Positions 44,428-57,314 of a stretch of 64,000 bases of DNA are shown here, piece by piece. The stretch spans positions 52,638,001 to 52,702,000 of the forward strand of contig OZ024743.1 in the NCBI GenBank assembly GCA_964016885.1. The letters are read 5' to 3'. This DNA is from Eledone cirrhosa (Eukaryota). Every line of letters starts with the position of its first letter. Position 1 is the first letter of the stretch. The position numbers were made by a program, and so were the translations under genes. Under the pieces are notes generated by a model that saw nothing but the letters and a program-made list of their open reading frames with translations, was not told the origin of the DNA and ran no database searches.

Positions 44428-45335
44428 TATTTATTAAAATAACAGATTAAAGTTTAAGTAAAGAATCGCTGCTGTCACCCTTAATGGGATCTTCTGAAAC
44501 TCATAAATATAGTAAAATGTTTAATAGAAATACTATTAAAATTTCTTACTCTACGACTCCTAACCTTGCACATAACATCACAGCTTCAAATTTAGCTAAA
44601 CTACCTAGCCGTAGGAACACGTGCAACCCTGTAGTTAGTACTAACTGTAATTGTAGGAATCGGGCTGATTGCCCCCTATCCGGGAAATGCCTCTCTAGTA
44701 ACATTGTCTACAAATGTAAGGTTGTAATACCCACGTCCCGTAGGGCCTACATAGGGTTAACCGCCAATAGTTTCAAGCAGCGTCTTTACATGCATACCCA
44801 TTCTTTTCGTTACCCTCTAAGAAGGAATATGACGTCACTTTCAGCTTATATCTGGAGTCTAAAAGACAACCACACCCAATATAAGTTACGCTGGGAGATC
44901 CTAGCTAGGGCTAGATCGTATAACGGAAATAAAAGACCATGTGACCTCTGCGCCGCTGAGGCCCTGGAAATACTCTACGCCACAGACCACATCTTAAACA
45001 AAAAATCTGAGGCAATTTCGGCTTGTAAACATAAATTGCACAAAACTTTCCTGTATTACAGCCCCACGTTATACCCTAACGGATAGTACGATCTATACGT
45101 GGATATTTTACGTCCTGATGTGGGAGCTAATTATATGTTTTGTTTATTCCTTTACTTATTTGCATAGCGAACGTTTCCACGAACCAAAGTATCGTCTTCC
45201 TGTCTTCCTCCGGTTGCAACGATTTTTGAAATATCCAGTTCTGCGTTTACAGATTGACTTTGTTAGTTTCAGAAGATCCCGTTAAGGGTGAAAGCAGCGA
45301 TTCTTTGCTTAAACTTTAATCTGTTATTTTAATAA

Positions 45336-45338
<3 letters not shown>
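44428..45338 (+). mobile_element. 5'-truncated Penelope-like element (GIY-YIG endonuclease) with an inverted terminal copy
   Basis: 74-bp inverted repeat 44428-44501 / 45265-45338; 3' end abuts (TA)n. Confidence 0.9.
44502..45086 (+). CDS. C-terminal GIY-YIG endonuclease of a Penelope-like element (probably Naiad-like; N-terminally truncated)
   Basis: FNRNTIKISYS..CNCR..CPLSGKC..IVYKC..YIGLT..FKQR..LSAYIWSLK..CDLCAAE..LNKKSE..CKH; the ORF-track start MGSSET lies inside the inverted repeat. Confidence 0.85.
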   Translation, partial: HKYSKMFNRNTIKISYSTTPNLAHNITASNLAKLPSRRNTCNPVVSTNCNCRNRADCPLSGKCLSSNIVYKCKVVIPTSRRAYIGLTANSFKQRLYMHTHSFRYPLRRNMTSLSAYIWSLKDNHTQYKLRWEILARARSYNGNKRPCDLCAAEALEILYATDHILNKKSEAISACKHKLHKTFLYYSPTLYPNG

Positions 45339-45403
<65 letters not shown>

Positions 45404-45479
45404 TTGTTTTGCAAGGCTTTTGATCGTGTGTCGAAACAAATATTGTGATACTTGGAGAGGGTCATATTGTTGTAATAAT

Positions 45480-45665
45480 TGTTTCTACTTTAGGCACAAG
45501 GCCAGCAATTACCCAGTGCATTACTGGTACTTTATTTTATCGACCCCGTAAGGATGTAAGGCAAAGTCAACCTCGGCGGAATTTGAACTCAGATCGTAAA
45601 AGGACGTAACTATGCTGGAAAGCATGGCGTCCGACCCTCCACCGATACTGTCAATCCACCGCCCT
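45480..45665 (-). mobile_element. tRNA-derived SINE (Nin/Deu-like)
   Basis: Reverse complement of the SINE core and B-box (GGAATTTGAACTC). Confidence 0.85.
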
Positions 45666-46033
45666 CATATTGTAATAATATTGCCAGAAATAACAACAGA
45701 ACACACTCACTGTTTGGTTGGTTTTAGCTTCTGTATCTTTTGTATCTCTATAGTTAATTTATTTGGCAATCAATGTTTATCATTGATTGACCAACGGTTA
45801 AAAATACAGATATTAATATATATATATAGTCTATCAAAGTTCTTTATATATAATATAGCTTTATAGTATTGTGATTTACCAACTTGAGTACTGGCTACGT
45901 AGGTGGGTCTGTTGGAGTCTAGTACTTGGTATAACACATTTAGTGTTAAACTATGGTTGGTTCCCCTCATATACAGAATGTAATATTAAAATAAGTAGGA
46001 ATGAGGGGTCAGAGTATCGTCAGTAAGTTGATT

Positions 46034-46115
46034 TAGGTGTGACATGCGTTTCGCTGTTGCTCAGCTCAAGGTTCGATTTATATCGATCTGGCCCGACTAG
46101 CTCATCAGACTCTTA
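46034..46115 (-). ncRNA. Type-I hammerhead ribozyme with eroded stem I
   Basis: Minus strand CUGAUGA-GCU..long stem II..AGC-GAAA-CGCAU-GUC; stem I has two mismatches. Confidence 0.6.
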
Positions 46116-46160
46116 GTTCGGTAATGATCGTTAGTGATTCGTTTAATTATATATGTATGC

Positions 46161-46219
<59 letters not shown>

Positions 46220-46339
46220 TAAACGGAATAGAAAATGGTGACAAATTGTTCACAGTTGAAAAATGGTTTAATTAGGAATAAAAGAGTATTAGTAATTGTA
46301 TGGGTTAGTATTCAGTTGTGTGTTACACCTCTATTCTTT

Positions 46340-46459
<120 letters not shown>

Positions 46460-46568
46460 TGTATATATGATTGTATGTACACATGTATTGATATACATAG
46501 AGTGTATAACGATGGCATTTAGATCCACTTGGCATAGCTTAAGTGGTCTTAATACTTAATGCGGAAGT

Positions 46569-46770
<202 letters not shown>

Positions 46771-46919
46771 CAAGTAAGTATGTTTCGAAACAGTGAGCAG
46801 GTTTGAAATTAGAAAATAGAATAGCTTTCACCGTATTTCTGACTAAAGGAATTTTAGCCTGATAATGGGGTTTAGAACCTTCAGATAAATGGAAAAAGAT
46901 GAGTATTGACGTACATGGG

Positions 46920-46959
<40 letters not shown>

Positions 46960-46961
<2 letters not shown>

Positions 46962-47280
46962 AGTATATGTTGGTTGTATACCAACACCTCAGTATGCAGA
47001 TTGGAGCACTCGACGAAGTGCGCAGGTTGGTTTGGTTACTCCGGAGTAATGTAAAATAAAATAAAATAAATAAGTCAAATGCTTAAAATTTGGCTTCGTT
47101 TATTACTGCTTTATTACTGCTATATATATTGACAAAGTTATACACCTCAACAACAGGTGTACTCGTCTCTACCACACTAATTCGGACTGCCTGAAGAGGT
47201 CACAGCCAAAGATGGCTGTCACCGAAATATATATAGCAGTAATAAACGAAAACATTTGACTTATTTATTTTATTTTATTT

Positions 47281-47288
<8 letters not shown>
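46960..47288 (+). mobile_element. Fold-back Penelope-like mini-element in (TA)n
   Basis: Inverted arms about 47052-47130 / 47226-47288; hammerhead near the 3' end; GAGCACTCGA in the left extension. Confidence 0.7.
47186..47240 (+). ncRNA. Minimal type-I hammerhead ribozyme
   Basis: ACUGC-CUGAAGA-GGUcACAGCCA aaga UGGCUGUcACC-GAAA-UAUAUA-UA-GCAGU; core intact, palindromic stem III. Confidence 0.85.
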
Positions 47289-47360
<72 letters not shown>

Positions 47361-47384
47361 ATATGTATATGTATATATATATAT

Positions 47385-47741
47385 TTCGTTTCTGAATTTG
47401 TTTAGCAAGATTCTTTATCTGTGTGTTGAAACCGATATTGTTATACTTTGGGAGGGTCATGTTGCCAATAAGAAACACACGCACCAGTTGATTGTTCATA
47501 TATTGTCAAAGTTATTTCGTCACACATACTGTGACCTCTTCAGTGACTGGGATTCTTTTCTTTGTTTTTGTGCCTCTCCTTTGTTCTGTCCTACGCCATC
47601 TTGTTTTTCTGGTTGTGGAGCCAACCAACCAACCAACCGGAAATTTATAAATTCCTAAATTTATAAATTTATTATAATAAATTGAAGTGAAAGCAACTGG
47701 TGCGTGTGTTTCTTATTGGCAACATGACCCTCCCAAAGTAT

Positions 47742-47746
<5 letters not shown>
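47385..47746 (-). mobile_element. Fold-back element in (TA)n with a 53-bp perfect inverted repeat
   Basis: 47438-47490 is the reverse complement of 47694-47746; a related fragment lies at 45404-45470. Confidence 0.7.
47505..47547 (-). ncRNA. Hammerhead-like motif with imperfect stem III
   Basis: Minus strand GUCA-CUGAAGA-g-GUCACA guaug UGUGAC-GAAA-UAAC-UU-UGAC. Confidence 0.55.
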
Positions 47747-48525
<779 letters not shown>

Positions 48526-49332
48526 ATTCTTTGGTCAGAGACAGCAACAAATAAACATACAATAAATAAATAAAAGCAGCAGCAACAATAACAACAACAC
48601 CAACAAAAATGACAGAGAAGAAGGGGAAAGAACAATACACACCGATACATATACAGTAACATACGTACATACACAGTAACACACGAACATATACAGTAAC
48701 GCACGAACAGCTATGTTGAATACACACACCTCTCTCTCTTTCTCTCTCTCTCTCTATATATATATACATTCTTATTACTTGACTAATATTATTTCTTTTA
48801 CTGGTCTCAGCCATTATACCGTGATTATATATGTATGTATTATATATGAACGTTTATATCACTTAACTATTTTATGCGAAAGGATATTTTATTTTGCACA
48901 CTGAAATATACTATTGAAAATATAAATCACCTAATTATTCATTACTGAACAAAAAGAAACAGAAAACGTTAATTTCCTTTTGCGGATGTATTTTTATGCT
49001 CTGCAGACGACTCAACGTCCGCCATCTTAATCGCTGAAAGGCTTTTCGTTTAAATCATTCCAACGTTTCCATTCTTTCCTGAAAAATAAAGAAAATGAAT
49101 GAAAAGGAGAAGAAATAAGTAGTTAAGGGGGAAGGAAAATTAATAATAATGTCAAAGTGTATGAAAAGGATTTTCTTTATTCGTGTATTCGTGACAGTTT
49201 TTATCTATTATATGAGCGGGGTTCTGTTACTTTTCTGTTGCTTTCATTAACGTTACATTTTAATCTTTATCGTTCTCAAATGACGTGATTACTCAACGAT
49301 ATCGGATAGGATATATTTTCTCTGTCTGCCTG

Positions 49333-49372
<40 letters not shown>

Positions 49373-49384
49373 ACACACACATAC

Positions 49385-49491
<107 letters not shown>

Positions 49492-49944
49492 ATATATATA
49501 TATATATATAAATCAGCCACGGGATAATAATATTAATAACAACAACAACAGTGGCGATATTAATGATGAGGATGATGATGATGATGATGATGATACCAAT
49601 AGATGGTGGGGAATGTGTTGAATATTACTTGGTATGGTGGAGTATATTGAATTACACGAGGAAGCCTGGAGGGGAATCTCAGTTGTTTGACCTTTAAAGG
49701 GGACACAATCTAGACGTTAAGTAGGGTAGTTTCATTCTTAGACATAATAAAATAGGCTAGTTTGATACCCAGACACAATAGAGAGGAAATAAACATATAG
49801 GGGTAGGAGTTGTTGACATGAGGGAAGTTACCAGAAGTTCGATTTTTAGTGTGGTTCATTATAAAGTGGATTACGATAATTGTCACAAAATAAAAGCCAA
49901 AACAAAACAAAACCCTTTTTGCTGAAAGGACAAAATAATTGATT

Positions 49945-50312
49945 CTTCTTTTGGCACAAGGCCAGCAAATACCCAGTGCATTACTGGTACTTTATTTTAT
50001 CGACCCCGTAAGGACGAGAGGCAAAGTTAACCCCGGCGGGATTTGAACTCAGAATGGCAAGGGCCGTTACTCTATGAGTCAACCTCTATCGATACTGCCA
50101 ATCCACCGCTGAAAGGACAAAATAATTGTTTCTACTTTAGGCACAAGGCCAGCAATTACCCAGTGCATTACTGTTACTTTATTTTATCGACCCCGTAAGG
50201 ATGAAAGGCAAAGTCAACCTCGGCGGGATTTGAACACAGATCTTAAAGGGACATAACTATGCTGGAAAGCATGGCGTCCGACCCTCTACCGATACTGCCA
50301 ATCCAGACAAAA
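49945..50312 (-). mobile_element. Two tandem tRNA-derived SINEs (Nin/Deu-like)
   Basis: Two copies of TACTTTATTTTATCGACCCCGTAAGGA..GGGATTTGAAC. Confidence 0.85.
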
Positions 50313-50336
50313 TAATAAATATATATTTATATATAT

Positions 50337-50690
50337 ATGTGTGTGTGTGTATGGGGGGGGGGGGGGGTATATGTGTGTGTGTGTGTGTGTGCGTGTCTGG
50401 TGTTTGTGTGTGTGTGTAGGTCTGATTGTGTCTGGGGTGTGTATATGTGTGTGTGTGTATGTATGTGTGTGTGAGTGTGTCTGGGGTGTGTGTGTATCTG
50501 GGGTGTGTGTGTCTGATGTGTGAGTGTGTGTCTGGTGTGTGTGTCTGGTGCGTGTGTGTGTGTCTGGTGTGTGTGTGTGTGTGTCTGGTGTGTGTATGTG
50601 TGTGTGGTGTGTTTGTGTGTGTATGTGTGTGTGTGAGTGTATCTAGGGTGTGTATGTGTGTGTGTGTGTACATGTGTGTGTGTGTGTCTA
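50337..50690. repeat. (TG)n/(TGTCTGG) compound microsatellite
   Basis: Direct inspection. Confidence 0.9.
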
Positions 50691-51142
50691 TAATCATATT
50701 CTTTTATTGGTTTCAGTCATTCAAGTTTGGTACATATTTTATCAATATTGTTTGACCAACCGCTAAGTACATAAACAATATTCTATTATTTCAGGAAAAA
50801 AAAAAAATAAATAAAAAGGTAAAAATTAAGAATTATGCAAACTTGAATGAAAATGATTTCTCTATTTGAAACATATATTATATCGTACATGGTTGGTTGT
50901 TGCTTCCATATCGAAACATATCTGGTATCTAAGGGAATATGAGATAACCAGAGAATTATTTGGAAGAAATAGTGGAAGAATGAGCATCTCTTTGAAAAGA
51001 TCAATATAGATTCTCTTCACGCCAACTTACCTCACAGAATTCTGCACTTATAGAAATTGTATATTTAAACCAGTAAATTCGGGATGGAGTCTGAAAGACC
51101 TCCCTTACGGATCTCGGCTCCATTCCTCTTCAAATGCTTTAC

Positions 51143-51406
51143 GTATATATATATATCCATACTATAATATATATATATCCATACTATAATATATATATAT
51201 CCATACTATAATATATATATATATCCATACTATAATATATATATATATATATCGATACTATAATGTATATATATATATATCCATACTATAATATATATAT
51301 ATCCATACTATAATGTATATATATATATATCGATACTATAATGTATATATATATATCCATACTATAATATATATATATCCATACTATAATGTATATATAT
51401 ATCCAT

Positions 51407-51458
<52 letters not shown>
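51143..51458. repeat. Minisatellite (TA)n-CCATACTATAA, left part
   Basis: CCATACTATAA/CGATACTATAA cores spaced by variable (TA)n. Confidence 0.9.
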
Positions 51459-51462
<4 letters not shown>

Positions 51463-52206
51463 TATGAAGAGAGAAGAAACATTTAGATATAATTAGTAAT
51501 AAAATGTATCATACCTAAACTGTTCCTAAATTCCTCGACTACGTAGTTTCGTGGCATAAACAAAAACAATATATCAAAGATATAGAGTCCTTGCGAGGTC
51601 TGCCGACTTATCAAGAGGATACCTCATTTTACTAGTCTCAAGAACGCGTCTACACGACGTGAGAAAGAATCCCAAAAGGCGGAGGGGGAGATAGTCACGC
51701 GATATAACGGTCGAGAAACAGAGCTAAGCCTCTTATAACCGCGAAAAAAATACCACGGAGGCGGAGGGGGTATTCATATCGAGGCCGTAGAAGAGGTAGT
51801 GAAGAAGGCGAGAAGTATGAGTAATGGAAGCTTTCCAGTTGTCCCCACACTTCAAAGATTGCTCGACCAGAGGGAGTTATTAATACATTTAGAAACACAC
51901 AGATACACGCGGACACACACATATATACATGAATGCATCCGCACCCAACTGTGAGTTAAGGGTGCCAACTTCACCGATGTTGCTCAATGAATGACTGGGA
52001 CAGACCAATTCAGTTTGAACCAGACTGAACCAGTATCAGAGTTAAAAATACATTATGAAGAGAGAAGAAACATTTAGATATAATTAGTAATCCCAGTCAT
52101 TCATTGAGCAACATCGGTGAAGTTGGCACCCTTAACTCACAGTTGGGTGCGGATGCATTCATGTATATATGTGTGTGTCCGCGTGTATCTGTGTGTTTCT
52201 AAATGT
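51459..52206. mobile_element. Rearranged Penelope-like insertion with direct and inverted repeats
   Basis: About 42-bp direct repeat 51459-51500 / 52050-52091; about 115-bp inverted repeat 51885-52000 / 52091-52206; hammerhead inside. Confidence 0.7.
51532..51619 (-). ncRNA. Type-I hammerhead ribozyme, U3-A8 variant
   Basis: Minus strand UCCUC-UUGAUAA-GUcGGCA..UGCCAC-GAAA-CUACGUA-GUC-GAGGA; palindromic stem III ACUACGUAGU. Confidence 0.8.
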
Positions 52207-52614
52207 ATATATATATATATATATCGATACTATAATGTATATATATATATATCCATACTATAATATATATATATATCCATACTATAATGTGTATATATAT
52301 CCATACTATAATATATATATATATCCATACTATAATGTATATATATATATCCATACTATAATATATATATATATATATCGATACTATAATGTATATATAT
52401 ATATATCCATACTATAATATATATATATCCATACTATAATGTATATATATATATATCGATACTATAATGTATATATATATATCCATACTATAATATATAT
52501 ATATCCATACTATAATGTATATATATATATCCATACTATAATATATATATATATCGATACTATAATGTATATATATATATATATCCATACTATAATATAT
52601 ATATATATATCCAT

Positions 52615-52672
<58 letters not shown>

Positions 52673-52885
52673 ACTATAATGTATATATATATCCATACTA
52701 TACTGTATATATATATCCATACTATAATGTGTATATATATCCATACTATAATGTATATATATATCCATACTATAATGTATATATATATCCATACTATAAT
52801 GTATATATATATATATCGATACTATAATTCATATATATATCCATACTATAATATATATATATATCCATACTATAATGTGTATGTG
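52207..52885. repeat. Minisatellite (TA)n-CCATACTATAA, right part
   Basis: Same cores as 51143-51458. Confidence 0.9.
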
Positions 52886-53679
52886 TAAAAATTATTTTAA
52901 TGCATAAAAGTAGATGGATCACCTTTTTAATTCAGCTTCTTTTTTTCGAAAAACAAATTTCGTCGGAACTCATCTGAATCTCTAAGTTGAGAGAGAAGGT
53001 GAACACAGGTGAACACAGGTGTTACGGCAATATTTTCAGGAATGCAACGGTTCCGTAATGCGAGAAATGCTTGCATGAGGTTCCATAATTATTATATTTA
53101 GCTCCCCGCCTTCATTCACAATAAATATCTTTTTTGCTACCGTAAATCAAAATACTTTCTAAGATATTTTCAAATATTTATAGGACGAACAAGGAACAAG
53201 CTGGTAACGTAATTACTTGCGCTCTAGAGAAATCAGAAATATCTTGTGGTAGCGTGCATATCACATTGAACATTTGTACCGCCATTAATCATGGTCTTTT
53301 CTTCTTTAATGGTTTAAATCATTAGATGGGACGACACCTTGAAGATATTTTAGTCAATCATTTCGAGTACCAGTACTTATTTTTTGAAGTCTTGTACTTA
53401 TTTTATCAATCTCCTTTTATTGAACCGCTAGAGACATAAACACACACATACTCCTCCTCTCTCATTCTCTGTCCTCCCTCTCTCTCTGCCCCCCTCTCTC
53501 TCTGTGAACTTAGATCCTCGTTGGTGTTTCTGTTGTGGTTTTAATTTTAAATTTGGTAAATAGTATTTGGAGTACCATGTTTTTGGCTAATTAAAGCCTG
53601 TAGGATTTTGTTGTTGAGTATGGTTGGCTAAGGAATATATATATATATATATATAAAATGAACAGGGGGGGGGGGGGGT

Positions 53680-53820
53680 CTTTTAGTTTCCGCCGACCAT
53701 ATTTCACTCACATGACATTGGTTAAACCTAGGCTATATAGAAGACAAGGTGTGACGAAGTGGGACTGAGCTCTACACCACGTGGATGCGAAGTGAAATCC
53801 TTAACCACACAGCCATTGCT
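53680..53820 (-). mobile_element. tRNA-derived SINE of a second family
   Basis: Minus strand TGGCTGTGTGGTTAAG A-box and AGCTCAGTCCC B-box-like sequence. Confidence 0.6.
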
Positions 53821-53839
53821 TGCACACATTGTACAATAG

Positions 53840-53995
53840 AGGCGGCGAATTGGTAGAGTCGTCCGAAGGTCGGGTAGAATGCTTTATGGGATTCGTTCCG
53901 GCTCTCTACTTTCTGAGTTCAAATCCCGCCGAGGTCAATTTTGCCTTTCATCCTTTCGAGGTCGATAAAAAAAAGTACCGGTCTACGACTGGGTA
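53840..53995 (+). mobile_element. tRNA-derived SINE (Nin/Deu-like)
   Basis: GGCGGCGAATTGGTAGAG..GAGTTCAAATCCCGCCGAGG..GCCTTTCATCCTTTCGAGGTCGATAAA. Confidence 0.85.
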
Positions 53996-54454
53996 GATTT
54001 TTCCACTATATCTCTTTCTCATTTGCTCTCACTCACTTTTTATCTTCCTCTGGAAGAAATCTGCTGTACTCTGGCCTAGAGAGGGATGAGCTCTCCCAGG
54101 CTTGAGATGCCGTATATCAATATGGCGCCCCTACGACTCTATCAGAAGTTACGGGACCATACATACATTGTACAATAGTGTTGCATTCTACTAGAAGAAT
54201 GCCCTGACAACGGCTAGGGTTCCTTCACTCCCAGTGGTTTAACCGCACGATCGGGTATCCAGCCCTATTATTTCTAAGTCCTCACGCATATACATACATA
54301 TGCATACACACACACATACATACATACACACACACAGACATACATACATACACACACACACACACATACATACATACATAAATACATACATACATACATA
54401 CATACATACATACATACATACATACATACATACACGTGTACATACATATTTACA

Positions 54455-54650
54455 CATTTTTGATGACCGTTGACTCTTATGAGTTCTTCCCCCCTTTGTC
54501 AGGTTTTGTTTTTTGTCCTGCAGGGTGTTCAAAATCACCGTCCTCACCAAGTAAAGTTGGTGGGGTTGCCGGTTTAGTCACCGACGACCCGACCATGTGA
54601 CAGGTTGTACTGGGTTACATGTTACCAGTAGCACTCAAGAGTGACCCGAT
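54455..54650 (-). mobile_element. Interspersed repeat, probable LINE 5' UTR fragment
   Basis: Reverse-complement homolog of 61270-61445. Confidence 0.55.
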
Positions 54651-54671
54651 ATAATACACACACATACATAC

Positions 54672-54845
54672 AAACATTCACTGGGAATAGCCGGCTGTGG
54701 TTGGAGTTCATGTACTTTTGCATGTCGTTTGAGCCCTCCTGCTGATTTACATTCTCTACCACATGCTTGGCAAGCATGATGAGTAGCATCTCCAACAGCA
54801 GCCTGGTAGTCAACCACTGGTCTCGCTTTATGACTGCGAAGATGA
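54672..54845 (-). mobile_element. RTE-like LINE 3' fragment (C2H2 finger part), split by the LTR insertion
   Basis: LRSHKARPVVDYQAAVGDATHHACQACGRECKSAGGLKRHAKVH, nearly identical to ORF 62049-62615. Confidence 0.85.
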
Positions 54846-55081
54846 TATAGCGAAGATACTGGGTTGTATGAATGTAACAAAACGAGACATGGTTTGTGTA
54901 TAATATTTAATTAACAATCATGGATATAGATAGAACAGTATAGTTGACATGTCAAAGTAATAGATGATAGAATGAAGCAAAGTTAGTAGTTACCGTTTTG
55001 ATTGCCAGGCAAACGCGAGACGCCTGGCGAAGGCCAGGCGCCGGAAGGGCAAATGAGAGGGAGAGACCCGAAGGCTATTCG

Positions 55082-55089
55082 TTTTATAG
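55082..55089 (-). promoter_or_regulatory. TATA box in the LTR (also present in the other LTR near 56730)
   Basis: CTATAAAA on the minus strand, with ATTAAA further downstream in the LTR. Confidence 0.5.
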
Positions 55090-56460
55090 GGCTCTGACCG
55101 GAAGTTACAGAAAGGGTTCTACTTCCCGTCTAGATGTTAATCTATTGGGGTTGTGAGTCACAACAAGGGAGACAACCGCCACACAACCTCCCGCCAGAAT
55201 TTTAGAATATAAAAATCGAATGAAAATATGTAGCAAGTTGGCGAGAATGTTGTAACAGGCATGGAAATTACGACAAAAGAATGTTTGCAAAAATCAATGA
55301 TAGATATCAAGGTAGCCAACCGCTCTTGGCCAGAGAACGACTGGACATCTATCTATCCATCACCCAAAGATACAATGTAATAAAGTAAGAGAAGGGCTCA
55401 AAGTTCAAATGTACAAAATATAGTTCACAGGTGTGCAATCACATGACAGCAGGAAAGAAAGTGTGTTCCAGAGAATGAATGCAGGTGGTTTCTGTTCTGT
55501 GGTATATCGTGAAATTTCCAGCCTCCGAATGGATTTTCTCACAGGAAGAGTGCTGCAAAAATAAATTCTCTGGTTTGTTCTGCTGGTTTTGGTTGTTGTT
55601 GAAGCTGTGTTGCTGTGGATGTTGTCTCGCGGAGTGAGCGTATTCGGTGTTTAAATTCACAGTAAAAAAAAATTTTTCAGAAAAAATGAGTTGCGCAAAG
55701 TGCTAGAAATAGCAGCCGAAGTTGATGGTCGATGTTGAGAATGCATTGACCTGGAAGGGTCAAGAGGCCAGCGACCAAAGAAATAAGCATTCTGAATAAA
55801 TGCGCAGTTTTCAACGGCAAATTTACGTGGTAAATTTTTAAACCGGCAAATAGGAGAATATAGCTTAAGGCTGAAGAATCCTTGGCGAGAAACGTTATCT
55901 CTGGCGTGCGGCTATCTCTGTGAGTCGAGATATCTCTGTGAGTCGAGAATTTGTACTGCCTACACGTGCCAATACAAGGTTAAGCTAGGTTGAAAAAATA
56001 ATATTTCTAACGCGCGAGAAAATGATAGTGCAAGTGTGAAAGTGACAATGATGAAAAAGAAAGGCTTCGCTTAGCATAATTATTGGTGTGAACTTTGGAA
56101 AAAAAAAAAAACTTGAACGATGAAGAAAACGATGAAAAAAAAGGCAATGGTTCACCGAAAATAAATGTTCCCGCCGAAATGTTTTTTAAAAAATATCAAA
56201 TTTCTTTTTTTTTTTTTTTTTTGAAAGTGTTCGTTGTAAGAAACGAGAAACATGTATATATATATCGTGAAATGCGACAGTTAGTTGATGCGTGAGAGAA
56301 AAAGTCTGTCTGAACGCGAATTTCACATGTGCGTGTGTACGTTTCCTTGAGTATTTTCATAGTTTGTCGATAAATTTGCTGTGTATTCGTAATGTTACTC
56401 ACACAACACCAGATCTGCTATTTTTTTCTTTTTTCGGGGTGACCACTTATAGCGATGAAC

Positions 56461-56492
56461 GGCTGCGTGTTCGTATCACGTCAGGGTTACCA
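56461..56492 (-). promoter_or_regulatory. Primer binding site complementary to the tRNA-Trp 3' end
   Basis: Plus strand GGCTGCGTGTTCGTATCACGTCAGGGTTACCA resembles the metazoan tRNA-Trp T-arm, acceptor strand and CCA; 1 nt from the LTR. Confidence 0.8.
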
Positions 56493-56831
56493 ATATAGCG
56501 AAGATACTGGGTTGTATGAATGTAACAAAACGAGACATGGTTTGTGTATAATATTTAATTAACAATCATGGATATAGATAGAACAGTATAGTTGACATGT
56601 CAAAGTAATAGATGATAGAATGAAGCAAAGTTAGTAGTTACCGTTTTGATTGCCAGGCAAACGCGAGACGCCTGGCGAAGGCCAGGCACCGGAAGAGCAA
56701 ATGAGAGGGAGAGAGCCGAAGGCTATTCGTTTTATAGGGCTCTGACCGGAAGTTACAGAAAGGGTTCTACTTCCCGTCTAGATGTTAATCTATTGGGGTT
56801 GTGAGTCACAACAAGGGAGACAACCGCCACA

Positions 56832-57120
56832 ATGACTTTCGAGTCCAGCTTTGCTGAGGCAGAGTCTCGCACAGACGCTGCATGTTAGCGCCATAAAGGA
56901 CCTTCGCCGTCTGGAAATGCAACAGTAATACCCTTCCTCACATCCCGCTTTACTTTCTCGTATGCGTCAAAGGCAACTTTCCCCTCATATACAGTCTTTC
57001 GCCATTTATTACGATCAGCAGCTACACTGTCCCGTGTATCAGCAGAGATGTTAGCGTCTTTCAAAGAGGCTTTCAACGAATCCTTATACCTCTTTTTTGG
57101 TTTATGTGGAGGTCGTTTTA
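56832..57120 (-). mobile_element. RTE-like LINE 3' fragment, upstream half of the split copy
   Basis: KKRYKDSLKASLKD..AADRNKWRKTVYEGK. Confidence 0.85.
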
Positions 57121-57314
57121 CATACATACATACATACATACACACATACACCCATACATACACACATACACACATACGTTCCTATAGTTTTCATTAACAC
57201 TCACACTACCAATCAACGCTACTTCCTATCTGACGTATGAATTACTTCAAAACGGATTCAAGTGAAAAGTCGAGTACAACATTCTAATGATATTCTGTGA
57301 GTAATTGTGATGAA

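Larger units (their letters stand above)
54846..56831 (-). mobile_element. Non-autonomous LTR retroelement (Ty3/Gypsy-like, TRIM/LARD type)
   Basis: 338-bp LTRs 54846-55183 and 56494-56831 with 3 differences seen; 4-bp TSD ATGA; tRNA-Trp PBS; PPT-like GGCGGGAGG; no gag/pol ORF recognised. Confidence 0.92.

Noticed and set aside
45110-45305. Hammerhead in the Penelope 3' repeat (CTGATG..CACGAA; CAGAAGA..GAAA)
   Set aside because: Both candidates have broken core residues and no stem I; possibly decayed, not callable
55439-55660. N/Q-rich ORF inside the LTR element as gag
   Set aside because: Short, with no recognisable capsid or zinc-knuckle motif
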